Shown here one piece after another: positions 41,128-51,715 of a stretch of DNA of 64,000 nt (position 1 is the stretch's first letter; every line of letters starts with the position of its first letter). Below the pieces are notes generated by a model. That model did no database searches and had not been told where the DNA came from. It saw only the letters and a list, made by a program, of their open reading frames with translations. A program made the position numbers and the translations under genes. The stretch spans positions 169,787 to 233,786 of IMG/VR virus record IMGVR_UViG_3300015214_000024; one strand, given 5' to 3'. Source of the DNA: a virus (lineage: Duplodnaviria; Heunggongvirae; Uroviricota; Caudoviricetes).

Positions 41128-41532
41128 TTGATGGTTTGTTTAATTTTAGGTGATAGTATAGCAGTTGGTACCCACCAAGCATTGGCGTATCAGCATACTG
41201 AATGCATACGCCAAGCTAAAGTTGGCATTTCATCAAAAGTAATTGACAGGTATCCTGTAGTTGAAAACGCTGACACTGTTGTAATTTCTGCCGGATCAAA
41301 TGATGATCCAAGAAATAATAACGTTCCAACATTTGAACATATCAGGACAAAATATATTGGTAAAAAGGTAGTTTGGATACTTCCTAGAAACCGAACTTTA
41401 GCCAATCAAGTATTACAAGTTGCCAGAAAATATGGTGATGCTTATGTTGATGGTGTTGGGTTTAAGTCAAATGACAATTTACACCCAGCTAGTTATGCAA
41501 GTATGGCTCGGGCAGTCAAAACTAAAATGTAA
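41128..41532 (+). CDS. SGNH-hydrolase-like protein
   Basis: GDSI, GSND, DNLHP. Confidence 0.75.
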   Translation: MMVCLILGDSIAVGTHQALAYQHTECIRQAKVGISSKVIDRYPVVENADTVVISAGSNDDPRNNNVPTFEHIRTKYIGKKVVWILPRNRTLANQVLQVARKYGDAYVDGVGFKSNDNLHPASYASMARAVKTKM

Positions 41533-41599
41533 ATTTTCTAAAGAATTGATTCTTTAATTAGTATGGTGAAAGTTTGGCCTGAAAACAAACTTAGAAAAT

Positions 41600-41675
41600 G
41601 GGAAATTAGCTCATCTGGGAGAGCACTTGATTTGCATTCAAGAGGTGATCGGTTCGAGTCCGATATTCTCCACCA
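41600..41675 (+). tRNA. tRNA-Ala(UGC)
   Basis: Canonical. Confidence 0.92.
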
Positions 41676-41679
41676 TTAT

Positions 41680-41786
41680 GTATAGTAAGATCCCAGGGCG
41701 GGTCGACGGATAAATCCACAGTATTCATTTAATGAATATGCTAATGGTATCGTTTTAGGTTGGTTCGATCCCAGCACTATACACCA
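41680..41786 (+). ncRNA. Aberrant tRNA-like RNA
   Basis: GUAUAGU/ACUAUAC-ACCA acceptor and T-arm; non-canonical body. Confidence 0.5.
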
Positions 41787-41873
41787 ACCAAAGATGCGTA
41801 GGATGCAGATACTTCGATACTTTGTCTCGTACACAAACCAAAAAAAGACTGTATTCGCTTTTATCACTTTGGT
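41787..41873 (+). ncRNA. Y-RNA-like ncRNA 2 (CGU anticodon hairpin)
   Basis: Shared motif; UUUGU-CUCGUAC-ACAAA. Confidence 0.7.
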
Positions 41874-41880
41874 AATTATT

Positions 41881-42024
41881 TTGATCAGTAGCGTAGGATT
41901 GGGTTACTTCGATTGCAACTCGACCGATGGGGGTTCGATTCCCTCTTCCTCCACAAACTTTATGGGGGAATAGCTTAATGGACAAAGCGGTAAAATTTCT
42001 CGATTCGCCTTTATCTCTGATCAA
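41881..42024 (+). ncRNA. YrlA-like Y RNA 3 (GCA hairpin plus permuted tRNA domain)
   Basis: Shared motif; T-arm, then closed acceptor stem, then D-arm. Confidence 0.8.
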
Positions 42025-42032
42025 TCTTTTAT

Positions 42033-42135
42033 GGGGATGCTGGACGCGCCAGCCCTGGGAACCCGGGGTATCCCGCAATTTAAATTAATTTGCTTTGCGC
42101 GCGGCGAGACGGTTCAATTCCGTTTATCTCCACCA
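42033..42135 (+). ncRNA. Ala-identity (G3:U70) tRNA-like RNA
   Basis: GGGGAUG/UAUCUCC-ACCA, T-arm, atypical core. Confidence 0.55.
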
Positions 42136-42284
42136 AAACAAGAAAACGGCAGCGTAACTTAGTCTATACTAGTTAACATTGACTAAGCCATCGAGTGAAA
42201 GTAGTAGAGTTTGGTGTAGGCATACACTTAAAACTGATTTAGTCTCTACATTAATATTGAAGCGGTGATGCTGCCACCAATAAT

Positions 42285-42371
42285 GCCGAGAAAGCTGTGC
42301 GCGGTGCCAGCAGAATCCATAACAGACGATGGGGTGATCCTTAGTAGGCGGTTCGACTCCGCATCTCGGCA
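42285..42371 (+). ncRNA. Aberrant tRNA-like RNA
   Basis: GCCGAGA/UCUCGGC acceptor and T-arm. Confidence 0.5.
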
Positions 42372-42383
42372 CAAATATAATAT

Positions 42384-42455
42384 ACCCCTGCCCACTGGAT
42401 GGGACCTGACGCTACGAACGTCGGTGAGCTGGTTCGAGTCCGGCCAGGGGTGCCA
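42384..42455 (+). tRNA. tRNA-Arg(ACG)
   Basis: Loop CUACGAA. Confidence 0.85.
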
Positions 42456-42552
42456 GAATAATTTGAGTCTATATTCTCCCCGGGAAGTCCGTTTAAAACC
42501 CACAAGTCCGGCTAAGACAGGTGCTGGAGGTTCGGAATATAGACCAAACAAT

Positions 42553-42628
42553 GCCCTATTGGTGAAACTGGATATCACAGGACTTTGCGAAGGTCCAGTC
42601 TCAGGTTCGAGTCCTGAGTAGGGCGCCA
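42553..42628 (+). tRNA. tRNA-Arg(GCG)
   Basis: GGACU-UUGCGAA-GGUCC. Confidence 0.85.
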
Positions 42629-42639
42629 TTTTAAATTAT

Positions 42640-42727
42640 GGACACGTTGAGCAGTAGGTTGGCTCACCTGACTCTTAATCAGACGCGCGAAAGCGCCTTG
42701 TGGGTTCGAACCCCACCGTGTCCTCCA
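42640..42727 (+). tRNA. tRNA-Lys(CUU) with long V-arm
   Basis: Loop CUCUUAA; GCGC-GAAA-GCGC extra arm. Confidence 0.8.
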
Positions 42728-42977
42728 GTTTGCTTAGGCCTGACTGTAAAGAAGGCCGCCGCGTGGTTAACAAGAAAACGAATTTAAATTCGTCGAAAGT
42801 TGAAAAAGTTGCTAACAGATTTGCGGAGCAACTGAGCACCTGACTTTTAGGTACTCCCCTTTTATTTTGTTTTTCACCATTATAAAAGGCACAATTGGCA
42901 TACCAGGTAGGTTATTAATAACTCCAAAAGTGTCACCGGGTTACTATCTTCCCGGAAATTTAGGAGATAGATAGTTT

Positions 42978-43050
42978 GGGGCCTTAGCTCAGCTGGGAGA
43001 GCGCTTCGATGGCATTGAAGAGGTCAAGGGTTCGATCCCCTTAGGCTCCA
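42978..43050 (+). tRNA. tRNA-Ala(GGC)
   Basis: Loop AUGGCAU. Confidence 0.92.
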
Positions 43051-43059
43051 CAAAAATTT

Positions 43060-43142
43060 CGGTATGCGATGGCTGATTGGAGAAGCCTATGACCTGCGCG
43101 GTTATGATAGTGCGCACCTTGGGTTCGATTCCCACATACCGT
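43060..43142 (+). ncRNA. Aberrant tRNA-like RNA
   Basis: CGGUAUG/CAUACCG acceptor, D and T arms; ambiguous anticodon. Confidence 0.5.
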
Positions 43143-43152
43143 CCTAATTTGT

Positions 43153-43226
43153 TGCCCATTCCTCTAATGGTAAGAGAACTGGCTTTGAACCAGACAATTG
43201 AGGTTCGATCCCTCGATGGGCATCCA
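43153..43226 (+). tRNA. tRNA-Gln(UUG)
   Basis: Loop CUUUGAA. Confidence 0.9.
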
Positions 43227-43311
43227 AATCTTTGAGTAAGTCAAGCACGTGGTAAAGGATGGCGGTGAGCTGATGTGTAGCGTTGCCATCTACTTAACAA
43301 ACAACTTTTAT

Positions 43312-43383
43312 GCTAGTGTAGTTCAGTGGTAGAACGCTGCTCTCATAAGGCGGATGTCGCAAGTTCAATTCTTGCCACTAGCA
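43312..43383 (+). tRNA. tRNA-Met/Ile2(CAU)
   Basis: Loop CUCAUAA. Confidence 0.85.
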
Positions 43384-43468
43384 CAACAATATATTGAGCG
43401 GTCTAGAACTACGTAAAAGGGGTGGCATAGCTGAGTTCAGCGGCGCCCTTACCGCCAATTAAAAATAT

Positions 43469-43541
<73 letters not shown>

Positions 43542-43543
43542 CA

Positions 43544-43676
43544 TAATCCAGTAGCGTAGGATACAGATACTTCGGTAAAACTTTTGTCTCAGAAACAAAA
43601 CTAGTTGGTTCAAATCCAACAAATATTCCCCGAAAAGGAATATATGTTCTCTGTGTTCGGTCTTATCTCTGGATTA
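43544..43676 (+). ncRNA. Y-RNA-like ncRNA 4 (CAG anticodon hairpin plus T-arm)
   Basis: Shared motif; UUUUGU-CUCAGAA-ACAAAA; GUUGGUUCAAAUCCAAC. Confidence 0.75.
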
Positions 43677-43681
43677 CTTAT

Positions 43682-43754
43682 GGGGCCATAGCTCAGTTGG
43701 GAGAGCGACACACTTGCAATGTGTAGGTCGGGGGTTCGACTCCCCCTGGCTCCA
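43682..43754 (+). tRNA. tRNA-Ala(UGC)
   Basis: Canonical. Confidence 0.93.
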
Positions 43755-43755
43755 C

Positions 43756-43897
43756 AAAAACCAGCAGCGTAGAAATGAGTTACTTCGACTGTTAATCGAC
43801 TGGTTGTGGGTTCGAATCCCACTCTCTCCTCCACTATGGAGAGATAGCTCAATGGTAGAGCGGTAAATTTCTTGTTTCGATTTTTTCTCTGGTTTTT
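43756..43897 (+). ncRNA. YrlA-like Y RNA 5 (GUU hairpin plus permuted tRNA domain)
   Basis: Shared motif; UCGA-CUGUUAA-UCGA, T-arm, closed acceptor, D-arm. Confidence 0.8.
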
Positions 43898-43945
43898 CTT
43901 ATACTTAAATTCAATTCCATAAATAAAGATAAAAGGATATCTATT

Positions 43946-44299
43946 ATGCGCTGGAATGAAATTAACGAAGATTCGCCAAGACCGTTTGACAAACCAGCTA
44001 ACTATGCTGCGCCGAAGAGTGATGATGTAAATAAAACAGAAAACGACGAAGCTGGAATAATTTTTGGACATCAAGTGCCTAATTGGGCTATTGATGATGA
44101 TAAAGTTGCAGTTTTTGGGTCTAATTCAAATTTTATGCAAGCTCAAGTTTTTAAATCAAAGTCCGGAAAGTTTTTCGTAGATTTTGGTAAAGAAAGAACT
44201 CAGGAATTTAATTATGCTGGCCAGGTTGAAAATGCTCTAAGAAAGCTGCGAATAACCTCATTCGAGCGTATTGATTATTATAGACCATCGTCCTACTAA
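43946..44299 (+). CDS. Hypothetical protein (MRWNEI start)
   Basis: TAAATA upstream. Confidence 0.65.
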   Translation: MRWNEINEDSPRPFDKPANYAAPKSDDVNKTENDEAGIIFGHQVPNWAIDDDKVAVFGSNSNFMQAQVFKSKSGKFFVDFGKERTQEFNYAGQVENALRKLRITSFERIDYYRPSSY

Positions 44300-44314
44300 G
44301 AGTGAAATGGAACG

Positions 44315-44992
44315 ATGAGATTCAATGAATTCATAATTGAAAGCAAACAAATAGCATTAGCTAAAAAAGCATTCCAGCAACTTTCTCCCGAAGCTAAGAA
44401 AGCAATCGAGGACTGGGAGTCAGTTAATTGGATTGGTGGCAAGCTTGAGCAGCATTTTAAAGCTAATGATGAAATCGCTCAAGAAATAGAACGAGCTTTT
44501 AAGCCAGTTAGAGATTCAATTCCAGGTCAAACTTTGAAATTATATCGTGGTATAATTTATGATGATAATTTTAAAACCTGGGAAAACAAATATTTGGAAT
44601 CTTGGTCAAGCGATCGACGAGTTGCTGAACATTTTGCTGGACTCCGTAGTAGGCAGAACGGCCCTTCATCACTACATAAGGTCATATCTGAACCAGAAGT
44701 TGACACTCTTGTTAAGAAATATGAAAAAACTGGTTTTTTGAAATATGCTGGCAAATATTATGTACGCAACAAAGACTTACCTCAATATTACAACATTTAT
44801 GACAAGAACAAGCAATTTGTCACAGATGGCGATAATTTGAAAGCTGATCTTATGAGTGACCAAGAATGGGCTAAAAAATCAAACGATTCAAAACTTGCCA
44901 AAGGCGAAGTTATTGAAAAAGAAATTGATAAAAATAAAATAGTTTGGTTAACTAATAATTTGAATTCAAAAGAATACCTTGTTAGAAAGTAA
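44315..44992 (+). CDS. Putative ADP-ribosyltransferase (R-S-E type)
   Basis: LYRG ... ESWSSD..VA..FA ... KEYLV. Confidence 0.55.
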   Translation: MRFNEFIIESKQIALAKKAFQQLSPEAKKAIEDWESVNWIGGKLEQHFKANDEIAQEIERAFKPVRDSIPGQTLKLYRGIIYDDNFKTWENKYLESWSSDRRVAEHFAGLRSRQNGPSSLHKVISEPEVDTLVKKYEKTGFLKYAGKYYVRNKDLPQYYNIYDKNKQFVTDGDNLKADLMSDQEWAKKSNDSKLAKGEVIEKEIDKNKIVWLTNNLNSKEYLVRK

Positions 44993-44993
44993 T

Positions 44994-45125
44994 TTACAAG
45001 ATTCCAGTGACAAATTGAACAAGTGGAATCCACCAAGTAATTGCCGTGAACGGTGGTGGACACTTTAGTAAATTGGGTCTCACGACGCGGCAACGTCCCA
45101 GGTTCAAGTCCTGGCTGGTAAGCCA
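44994..45125 (+). ncRNA. Enlarged tRNA-like RNA
   Basis: T-arm CCAGGUUCAAGUCCUGG, GCCA end, weak acceptor. Confidence 0.4.
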
Positions 45126-45153
45126 TAAAACTTAGCAATCATCAATATCACAT

Positions 45154-45225
45154 ACCGAAGTAGCTCAATGGTAGAGCGCCGGCTTCCAATCCCGGGCGTT
45201 GTGGGTTCGATTCCTACCTTCGGTG
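45154..45225 (+). tRNA. tRNA-Trp(CCA)
   Basis: CCA anticodon; canonical D and T arms. Confidence 0.85.
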
Positions 45226-45240
45226 CAATAAATATATTTT

Positions 45241-45879
45241 ATGAAATATATTATCTATAAAATCACAAATAATTTGGATGGAAAAATTTACATCGGTAAA
45301 CATCAAACAATGAATATTGATGACGGCTATATGGGCTCTGGTAAATTAATCAGACGAGCGATCCAAAAGTATGGTGTTGAAAATTTCACTAAGGAAATTT
45401 TGTTTGTTTTGGATTCTGAAGAAGAGATGAATTTAAAAGAAGCAGAAATTGTCACGGAAGAATTTATAAGCAAAAATAATACTTATAATTTGTGTTCCGG
45501 AGGCAAAGGCGGCTTCTCATATATCAATAGAAATGGGCTTGGAGTTTCAGAAAATCAAAAAGAAGCTTCACGTAAATTTGCCTATAGAAATCTTGAAAAA
45601 ATTAATGCTCCGGAAAATATAGATTTGAAGCGGGCGGCGATGGCTAAAGTTAATCAAATTAGAATTGATCGAGGCATAAAACCATTTCTTGGCAAGAAAC
45701 ACTCAGAAGAAACTATTGCCAAAATGAAAGAATCCAGCAAGGGCAAAAGCACTGGTAGCAAAAATTCGCAATTTGGAACAATGTGGATTACTGATGGATC
45801 AGTGAACAAAAAAATAGATAGGGATTCTATAATCCCAACTGGATGGAAGCCGGGAAGATTGATGAAAAATATACCCTAA
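45241..45879 (+). CDS. GIY-YIG (Seg-like) homing endonuclease with NUMOD3
   Basis: IIYKITN..KIYIGKH, YMGSG, GKKHSEET. Confidence 0.9.
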   Translation: MKYIIYKITNNLDGKIYIGKHQTMNIDDGYMGSGKLIRRAIQKYGVENFTKEILFVLDSEEEMNLKEAEIVTEEFISKNNTYNLCSGGKGGFSYINRNGLGVSENQKEASRKFAYRNLEKINAPENIDLKRAAMAKVNQIRIDRGIKPFLGKKHSEETIAKMKESSKGKSTGSKNSQFGTMWITDGSVNKKIDRDSIIPTGWKPGRLMKNIP

Positions 45880-45944
45880 GTGTTACGGTAGCACGACGAG
45901 TTCCAACCTCGTTAGCGTGGGTTCGACTCCTACAGGGTATGCCA
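45871..45944 (+). tRNA. tRNA-Trp(CCA)
   Basis: ACGAG-UUCCAAC-CUCGU. Confidence 0.88.
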
Positions 45945-46016
45945 AATTTAAGGCTTGACTTTGGCCAACCATTAGTGTAAATCAAAAACCTACAACAAAA
46001 TAGTTTGGAGGTTTAA

Positions 46017-46523
46017 ATGAGCACTGCTCTTGCATTTATTACTGGTTTGGCAACTGCCTACCTTTTTACCTGGCCAGCGTTGGCCATTCTTTTCGTCATT
46101 GGTTTGATTTTTGAACACAATCACCGCAGTGGTTGGGCGATTTTCTTTGGTCTTGTGGCAATGTTTGCTGGATATTTTTATTTCGGCCTCACCTTGTCGA
46201 CGGTACTACTTTATGGTGCTGGCTATTTGGGTATTGGTTTAGTTTGGAGTTTCTGGCGTTACGGGCGTTATGTTCGTTCAGAAGTTGCTCGAATTAAGGC
46301 TGATACTTATATTAAGGAAAGCGAATATGCTAGTTATGCTAAGGGCTTGTCCCCAGCTAAGCATATCGGTAAGATCACATCGTGGATTATCATTTGGCCA
46401 CTAAGTGTTGCAAATATGCTTGTTGGTGACATTGTGGACTTTGTCCAGTATGGTGTGACTAAGCTTTTCAAGATGGTTTATGTCAAGATCTATACCAGTT
46501 TGGTTGCTGATCTTATTAAGTGA
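46017..46523 (+). CDS. Membrane protein
   Basis: Multiple TM segments, GGAGG RBS. Confidence 0.75.
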   Translation: MSTALAFITGLATAYLFTWPALAILFVIGLIFEHNHRSGWAIFFGLVAMFAGYFYFGLTLSTVLLYGAGYLGIGLVWSFWRYGRYVRSEVARIKADTYIKESEYASYAKGLSPAKHIGKITSWIIIWPLSVANMLVGDIVDFVQYGVTKLFKMVYVKIYTSLVADLIK

Positions 46524-46553
46524 TACGTGATGGGGCTTAGGCCCCATCAAAAT

Positions 46554-46630
46554 GGTTCGTTAGTCGAGTTGGTTAAGACGCTTGCCTGTCACGCAAGAGA
46601 TCACGGGTTCAAGTCCCGTACGGATCGCCA
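46554..46630 (+). tRNA. tRNA-Asp(GUC)
   Basis: Canonical. Confidence 0.95.
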
Positions 46631-47270
46631 TTAAATTGTCCCCGTATGACGCAGAATATGTTTGAAAGGGAGAATGAGATGATTGAAGAAATTCAAAAGC
46701 TTAAAAATACTAAGGCAGGTTGCCTTGACCCAATGCAGAATTTGATCGCTTGTGAAGTATTTGAACATTCAACCCTTATGGGAGTAGAAGAACTTTACCA
46801 ACAGATGTATCAAGAATATTGGGATGACGCAAATCAATGCGTTGAGGATGAATATGAGGAAGCTATGAAAAATGGTGAAACTTATTACCATCCAGAGTGG
46901 CATAGGTTTGAAATTGGTGAGGTAACTCGCCAAGACGCTATGAAATCTGCGTACCAACAAGGATGGATTAGGTTAATCTATAATCCACTTGAGCAGAAGC
47001 TGTATGCTGAAAGTGTTCAGAAAATTTTAAATTCTCGAAAGGGATATTTAGAATTTATTGCTGAATGTCTGGACAAAGATTGCACTTTGCAACTGTCCGC
47101 TCAAAAATAATTTACCTATAGGGCTGATGAAACTGTATGAAAAATAACAGCATTATCCCTCTTAGTAGTCGCACGGTGCATTACCGCTCCGCCTGCTTGG
47201 GTGTAACCAAGGCAGGAATTATATTCCCCGGCGTGTATGTGATGGTCTCCGCTTCTAGTAGGTAAACGTT

Positions 47271-47341
47271 GGGGCATCTAACGGGTTAGACTCTGCGCTT
47301 GCACCGCGGAAGAAGGGGTTCGACTCCCCTATGCTCCACCA
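47271..47341 (+). tRNA. tRNA-Ala(UGC), atypical D-arm
   Basis: Loop CUUGCAC, G3:U70, CCA. Confidence 0.8.
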
Positions 47342-47896
47342 TTATGAAAGGATCGTTATGAACATTTATAAAATGTTGGATGAGTTCCCGTATGGGATTG
47401 TGGTCCTTGAGGGGGATTATGTTAAGCATATTTGTCTTTATCCTTCAATGCCCACACAAGCTGATGCTGAAGGATTGTACGATGAACTTCAAAAAGATCC
47501 GGAGCACGGAATGATTGGTGAAGATTTATCCAAGATGAATTTTTGTCCAGCCTCTGGCGAATTATTAAAAGAAGCTATAAGGGCATTTTCAAGTGAAAGC
47601 TATGAATAATAAGGATTTTGTAGAATATACCACTGATCCAGATTTATGGCCAGATCTTGTTGAGATCAGTGATATTTTAGTACGCTTCCCATTTTATATG
47701 AAATGTGATCAGTTCTCAGATGCGGTGTTATTGGCTGAACAATTTGACCGATATTTTGAAGACCAAGATTTGTTTATGGTGTGCAGACAATATGATAATT
47801 TTGTTTTCTTTGAGTCAGAAGAAGCAAGGGCTATTGCGGCAATAATTAAATAAAAGTAGTTGACAGACTATAAATAACATAGTAGATTATACAAAT

Positions 47897-47971
47897 AACC
47901 AGCAGCGTAAAATACGGTTACTTCGTTTATTTGGAAAACACACCGTACTGTATTTGACTTTATCTCTGGTT
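47897..47971 (+). ncRNA. Y-RNA-like ncRNA 6 (minimal)
   Basis: Shared motif; own TTGACA promoter at ~47860. Confidence 0.7.
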
Positions 47972-47974
47972 TAT

Positions 47975-48048
47975 GCGGGATTAGCATAGTGGTAATGCAG
48001 CAGCCTTCCAAGCTGAATAGAGGGGTTCGATTCCCCTATCCCGCTCCA
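47975..48048 (+). tRNA. tRNA-Gly(UCC)
   Basis: Canonical. Confidence 0.93.
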
Positions 48049-48534
48049 TTAGGACAGTGGCAAGCTGAAAAGCCTAAGTACACGGCGTCTCCTAATTACC
48101 CTTTTAAGGAACTGCATTATGTTTGAGCCATATGCAATTTTAGGACTTTCATTTGAAGAAGCTACTATGCTTGCAAATGAGAATGGATATTCAATTTTAG
48201 TTGAAGTTGAAGATGGTATGTGGTGCGGAGTCGCGCTGGATTATAATTTAAAACGAATTAAAGTTGAAGTTGAAGATGCACACATTGTTAATGTGAAAGG
48301 TTTAGGTTGATGGATTTTGTATCAGCTGGCACAATGACCCACGAACAAGAATCAAATATTGTTGAATATCAGATTGTTGATATTGATTATTGGGAGCAAG
48401 ATGCTATTTTGTTCATTGGCGGTCAGCGTTTATATTTTCAATGGGATGCAAAAAATCCACCAACATTGATAGATGCTTTGAACTATTTTAAGAATGAAAT
48501 AGATTCAAAATATGGAATAACAAAATAAATTTAT

Positions 48535-48609
48535 GCGGGTGTAGCTCAGGGGTAGAGCATTTCCTTGCCAAGGAAAATGTCGAGGGTTCGAATCCCTTCT
48601 CCCGCTCCA
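48535..48609 (+). tRNA. tRNA-Gly(GCC)
   Basis: Canonical. Confidence 0.93.
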
Positions 48610-48695
48610 AAAAGCCGCAAGTAGGTTAGTTGAAATAGACTAGAGTGGCATCCGTCCACACTTAAATATTTAAGTGCAAAGGGGATACCTACATT

Positions 48696-48771
48696 GCCTT
48701 TATAGCTCAGCTGGTAGAGCAACTGATTTGTAATCAGTAGGTCCGGGGTTCGAATCCTCGTGGGGGCACCA
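48696..48771 (+). tRNA. tRNA-Thr(UGU)
   Basis: Canonical. Confidence 0.93.
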
Positions 48772-48780
48772 AAATAATAT

Positions 48781-48855
48781 GCCGGTGTAGCACAATGGTA
48801 GTGCAGCGACCTTGTAAGTCGAAGGTTGCGGGTTCGAGTCCTTTCTCCGGCACCA
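48781..48855 (+). tRNA. tRNA-Thr(UGU)
   Basis: Loop CUUGUAA. Confidence 0.9.
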
Positions 48856-49260
48856 AATATAGAAAGTAATTAATATGCAATTGGGTATGATTATTAGTAT
48901 ATTATTTGCATTTGGTGCAATAATTTCTCTTTTTGCACATCATCATTACAGTAAAAAATTTAAAAAACTCCCAACAGGACCAGAGCAGGATCATTTTCGC
49001 AAACTTGCAATGATCACATTGGGAATGATCGCAGGCTTTGCGTTGGCAGTATTTGTTTCATCGTCAACTATCGATGATCGCAAACCATACCAATATCCTA
49101 TTATAGACCGAATTGATATTCAATATCAGTATGAATATATTGATGTTTGGGAAAATCCTAAGACTAAGTGTAGATATTTAATACACCATACTCGACTATC
49201 AACATCAAAACCTGAAATAAATTACCTACCCTCCGGTAAGCCAGATTGTCCAGAAAACAG

Positions 49261-49488
49261 ATGAAATACTTGACAGATGGTGCAAGACACCTTATATGTG
49301 ATCCATATTCAATAGAAAATCTGCATAAAATGGCAGATGATTTGGATATAAAACGATGTTGGTTTCACGATGGGAAATTTCCACATTATGATATACCAAA
49401 GCGTAGAATAAATGAAATTGAGGCTAAATGTGAAATAATAAAATCTGAAGATATTATTCGAATTATTAAAAAGACAATGCCACTTTAG
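49261..49488 (+). CDS. DUF4031-like protein
   Basis: HL....ENLH.MA..L.I.R.WF...HYDI. Confidence 0.65.
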   Translation: MKYLTDGARHLICDPYSIENLHKMADDLDIKRCWFHDGKFPHYDIPKRRINEIEAKCEIIKSEDIIRIIKKTMPL

Positions 49489-49553
49489 CAATCTTGGTGA
49501 TGCGGACGGTTGAAGCCCGTCTCAGACTGGTTCGAAACCAGTAGGTGGCACCA
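49479..49553 (+). tRNA. tRNA-Phe(GAA)
   Basis: GACGG-UUGAAGC-CCGUC. Confidence 0.85.
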
Positions 49554-49836
49554 AAAAAGCCTATCGAGGTTCACTCCGTGCCAGTGTAGCAAAACGGAGA
49601 GTTTGAGTTTTCGAGCTTTCTCATTCCTTAAGAAAGGATCTGTAGTGCAGCGTTATCGAGTTGAAATATGGATAAAACGCGGTGATTGTGGTAAATGGGA
49701 AACTGATTTTACTTCTGATGATTTGAATCATATTCAGCAAGTCCTTTCAGGAAGACAGAAACCACTCAAGGATCCTATTAGAATTTTAATGATTGAAGAT
49801 ATTACTAGCTTTTTTGAGTTAGTTTAAATGGGTTGG

Positions 49837-49911
49837 TGCGGGGTAGAGCAGTCAGGTCAGCTTGCGAGTCTCATAAACTCGAGGTCGTTGGTTCAAATCC
49901 AACCCCCGCAA
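49837..49911 (+). tRNA. tRNA-Met(CAU)
   Basis: Loop CUCAUAA. Confidence 0.85.
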
Positions 49912-50159
49912 CTAGAAAGGAATTGATTATGTCAAATGCCGAAGTAATATGGGAAAGCAAGTTGGATGACAAATGGGACTGTATTGTCACTCGAGTATCT
50001 GAATATCAAGGCCGTTTAATTGTTTCTGATAAAGATGAAATTATTTTAAATGAAAGTGTGCCATTAGCATATGGTGCTGCTTTCGGACCAGATATTGACG
50101 ACGTTGCCCAATGGCAAGACAAGTGCGTCGAGGTCGTGGACAAATATCAAATGAATTGA

Positions 50160-50234
50160 CGCGGGGTAGAGCAGAGGCAGCTTACTTGGCTCATAACCAA
50201 GTGGTCGGGGGTTCGAGTCCCTCTCCCGCAACCA
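50160..50234 (+). tRNA. tRNA-fMet(CAU)-like
   Basis: C1:A72, loop CUCAUAA, CCA. Confidence 0.88.
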
Positions 50235-50327
50235 ACTATATTCTGTTCACAAAACGGCGTGGGGATGCTCGCGTGATCATAGCGCTCACTGATCTGAACG
50301 GGAAAACACCTACAGAATATAGTTAAC

Positions 50328-50400
50328 GCTTTGTAAGCATTGCTGGCGATGCGCCGGATTCGTAACCCGGAGATAATGAGTTCGATTCTCGTACAAAGCA
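50328..50400 (+). tRNA. tRNA-Thr(CGU)
   Basis: CGU anticodon, cloverleaf. Confidence 0.8.
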
Positions 50401-51153
50401 CGGGCCTGAACGCCAAGGAGGAATGGCAACGCAGGAAAGGAGCGTCGGGGTAACACCTAACGCGCATTAAATCTAGGTTGAGGTATTTTTGTAGCTCGTG
50501 GTAGTTCCTAAATCAACCGAAAGCCCTTGGTAATGCTTGGGTTGCGCTAATCGCCGGTTCGAATCCGGTCGGGTCCACAGGGCACCAGCATCTACGCTCT
50601 GCTTTTGAAAATCCTTATTACCCGATAAGGGCGTAATTTATTACCAAAAGTATTCCGGTGCTGCTTCCGATTGATGATTGGGTGTCATTAATCAAACGTG
50701 GAAGGCGCTGGCCGCGAGTCCAGCAAGCAACTTGTGGAGAACAAGAACTCGCTATTTTTTTAAAGGAGAGCAAATATGAAACAGGTAAACTATCGACAAT
50801 GTGGTTTAGCCCAGGATCGCTCTCGCGTAATCGGATGGATCGAAGAGCGCGGAGCCAAAATGGGTGCTCGCGTTGAAATTGAAGAACTTGGCGGCTTTTG
50901 GGAAGTCGTTGGAGTCGGCACCACGGTCCGCACCAAGTCTGAAGTTCAAGAAGCGCAGAACCGCGCTCGTCAACCTTTCTGTGCCTTAAAATCATATAGA
51001 GGTAACAAATAATTGACTTTTTATTGTTCCCTATTGTATTATTGCAATAGGGAACAAGGGTTAATAGTACCAATAGCCAAACCAGTAACCCCGAAAGACC
51101 CACAGGTAGAAATGCCGGTTGAAGCTGTTAGGGCTATTACTTAGGGATTTGAG

Positions 51154-51711
51154 ATGGAATTTAAAAAAGGCGCAATTACTGTAATTGATGATATTTTTAC
51201 TACACAAGATTGTAGTGATATACTTGATTATTACGATAACAATAGACACGATCTAGTACATCGAACAGATCATCGAAACAAAAAATTTCTATCAATTGTA
51301 GATCCTAAAACTAATTTGCCACGTGATGGCATTGCTAAAAATATAGCTATCAAGCTTTTAACTTGGATGGATTTTAGATACCGGATCGAATGGGGTCATA
51401 TTGAAGAGCGTGAACCGGGTTCCCATTTGCCATACCACTACGATTTACATTCAAATAGTACGGTTTTCACATCTGTCACATATTTGAATGATGATTATGA
51501 TGGCGGTTATACTATCATTAGACCGCACGGTGAAGAAAGTGATAAGTATAACATTAGAGTAATTCCAAAGGCTGGAAGAACTGTGTTCTTTCACGGTGCA
51601 TACAATTACCATTGTGTAACTGAAGTAGAGAAAAGTAATAGGTACGTGATACCAATGTGGTATATGTTTATGCCTTTGGACTTGCCAGAAAAACTTAAAT
51701 GGTGGATTTGA
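51154..51711 (+). CDS. 2OG-Fe(II) oxygenase
   Basis: HYD, YLNDDYDGG, HCV..V...R. Confidence 0.88.
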   Translation: MEFKKGAITVIDDIFTTQDCSDILDYYDNNRHDLVHRTDHRNKKFLSIVDPKTNLPRDGIAKNIAIKLLTWMDFRYRIEWGHIEEREPGSHLPYHYDLHSNSTVFTSVTYLNDDYDGGYTIIRPHGEESDKYNIRVIPKAGRTVFFHGAYNYHCVTEVEKSNRYVIPMWYMFMPLDLPEKLKWWI

Positions 51712-51715
51712 TAAA

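Noticed and set aside
42033-42135. tmRNA
   Set aside because: Too short, with no tag reading frame or pseudoknots; kept only as an Ala-identity mimic.
42146-42190. Seventh Y-like RNA (CAGCGUAA motif)
   Set aside because: It lacks UACUUCG and the 3' UUAUCU-CUG element.
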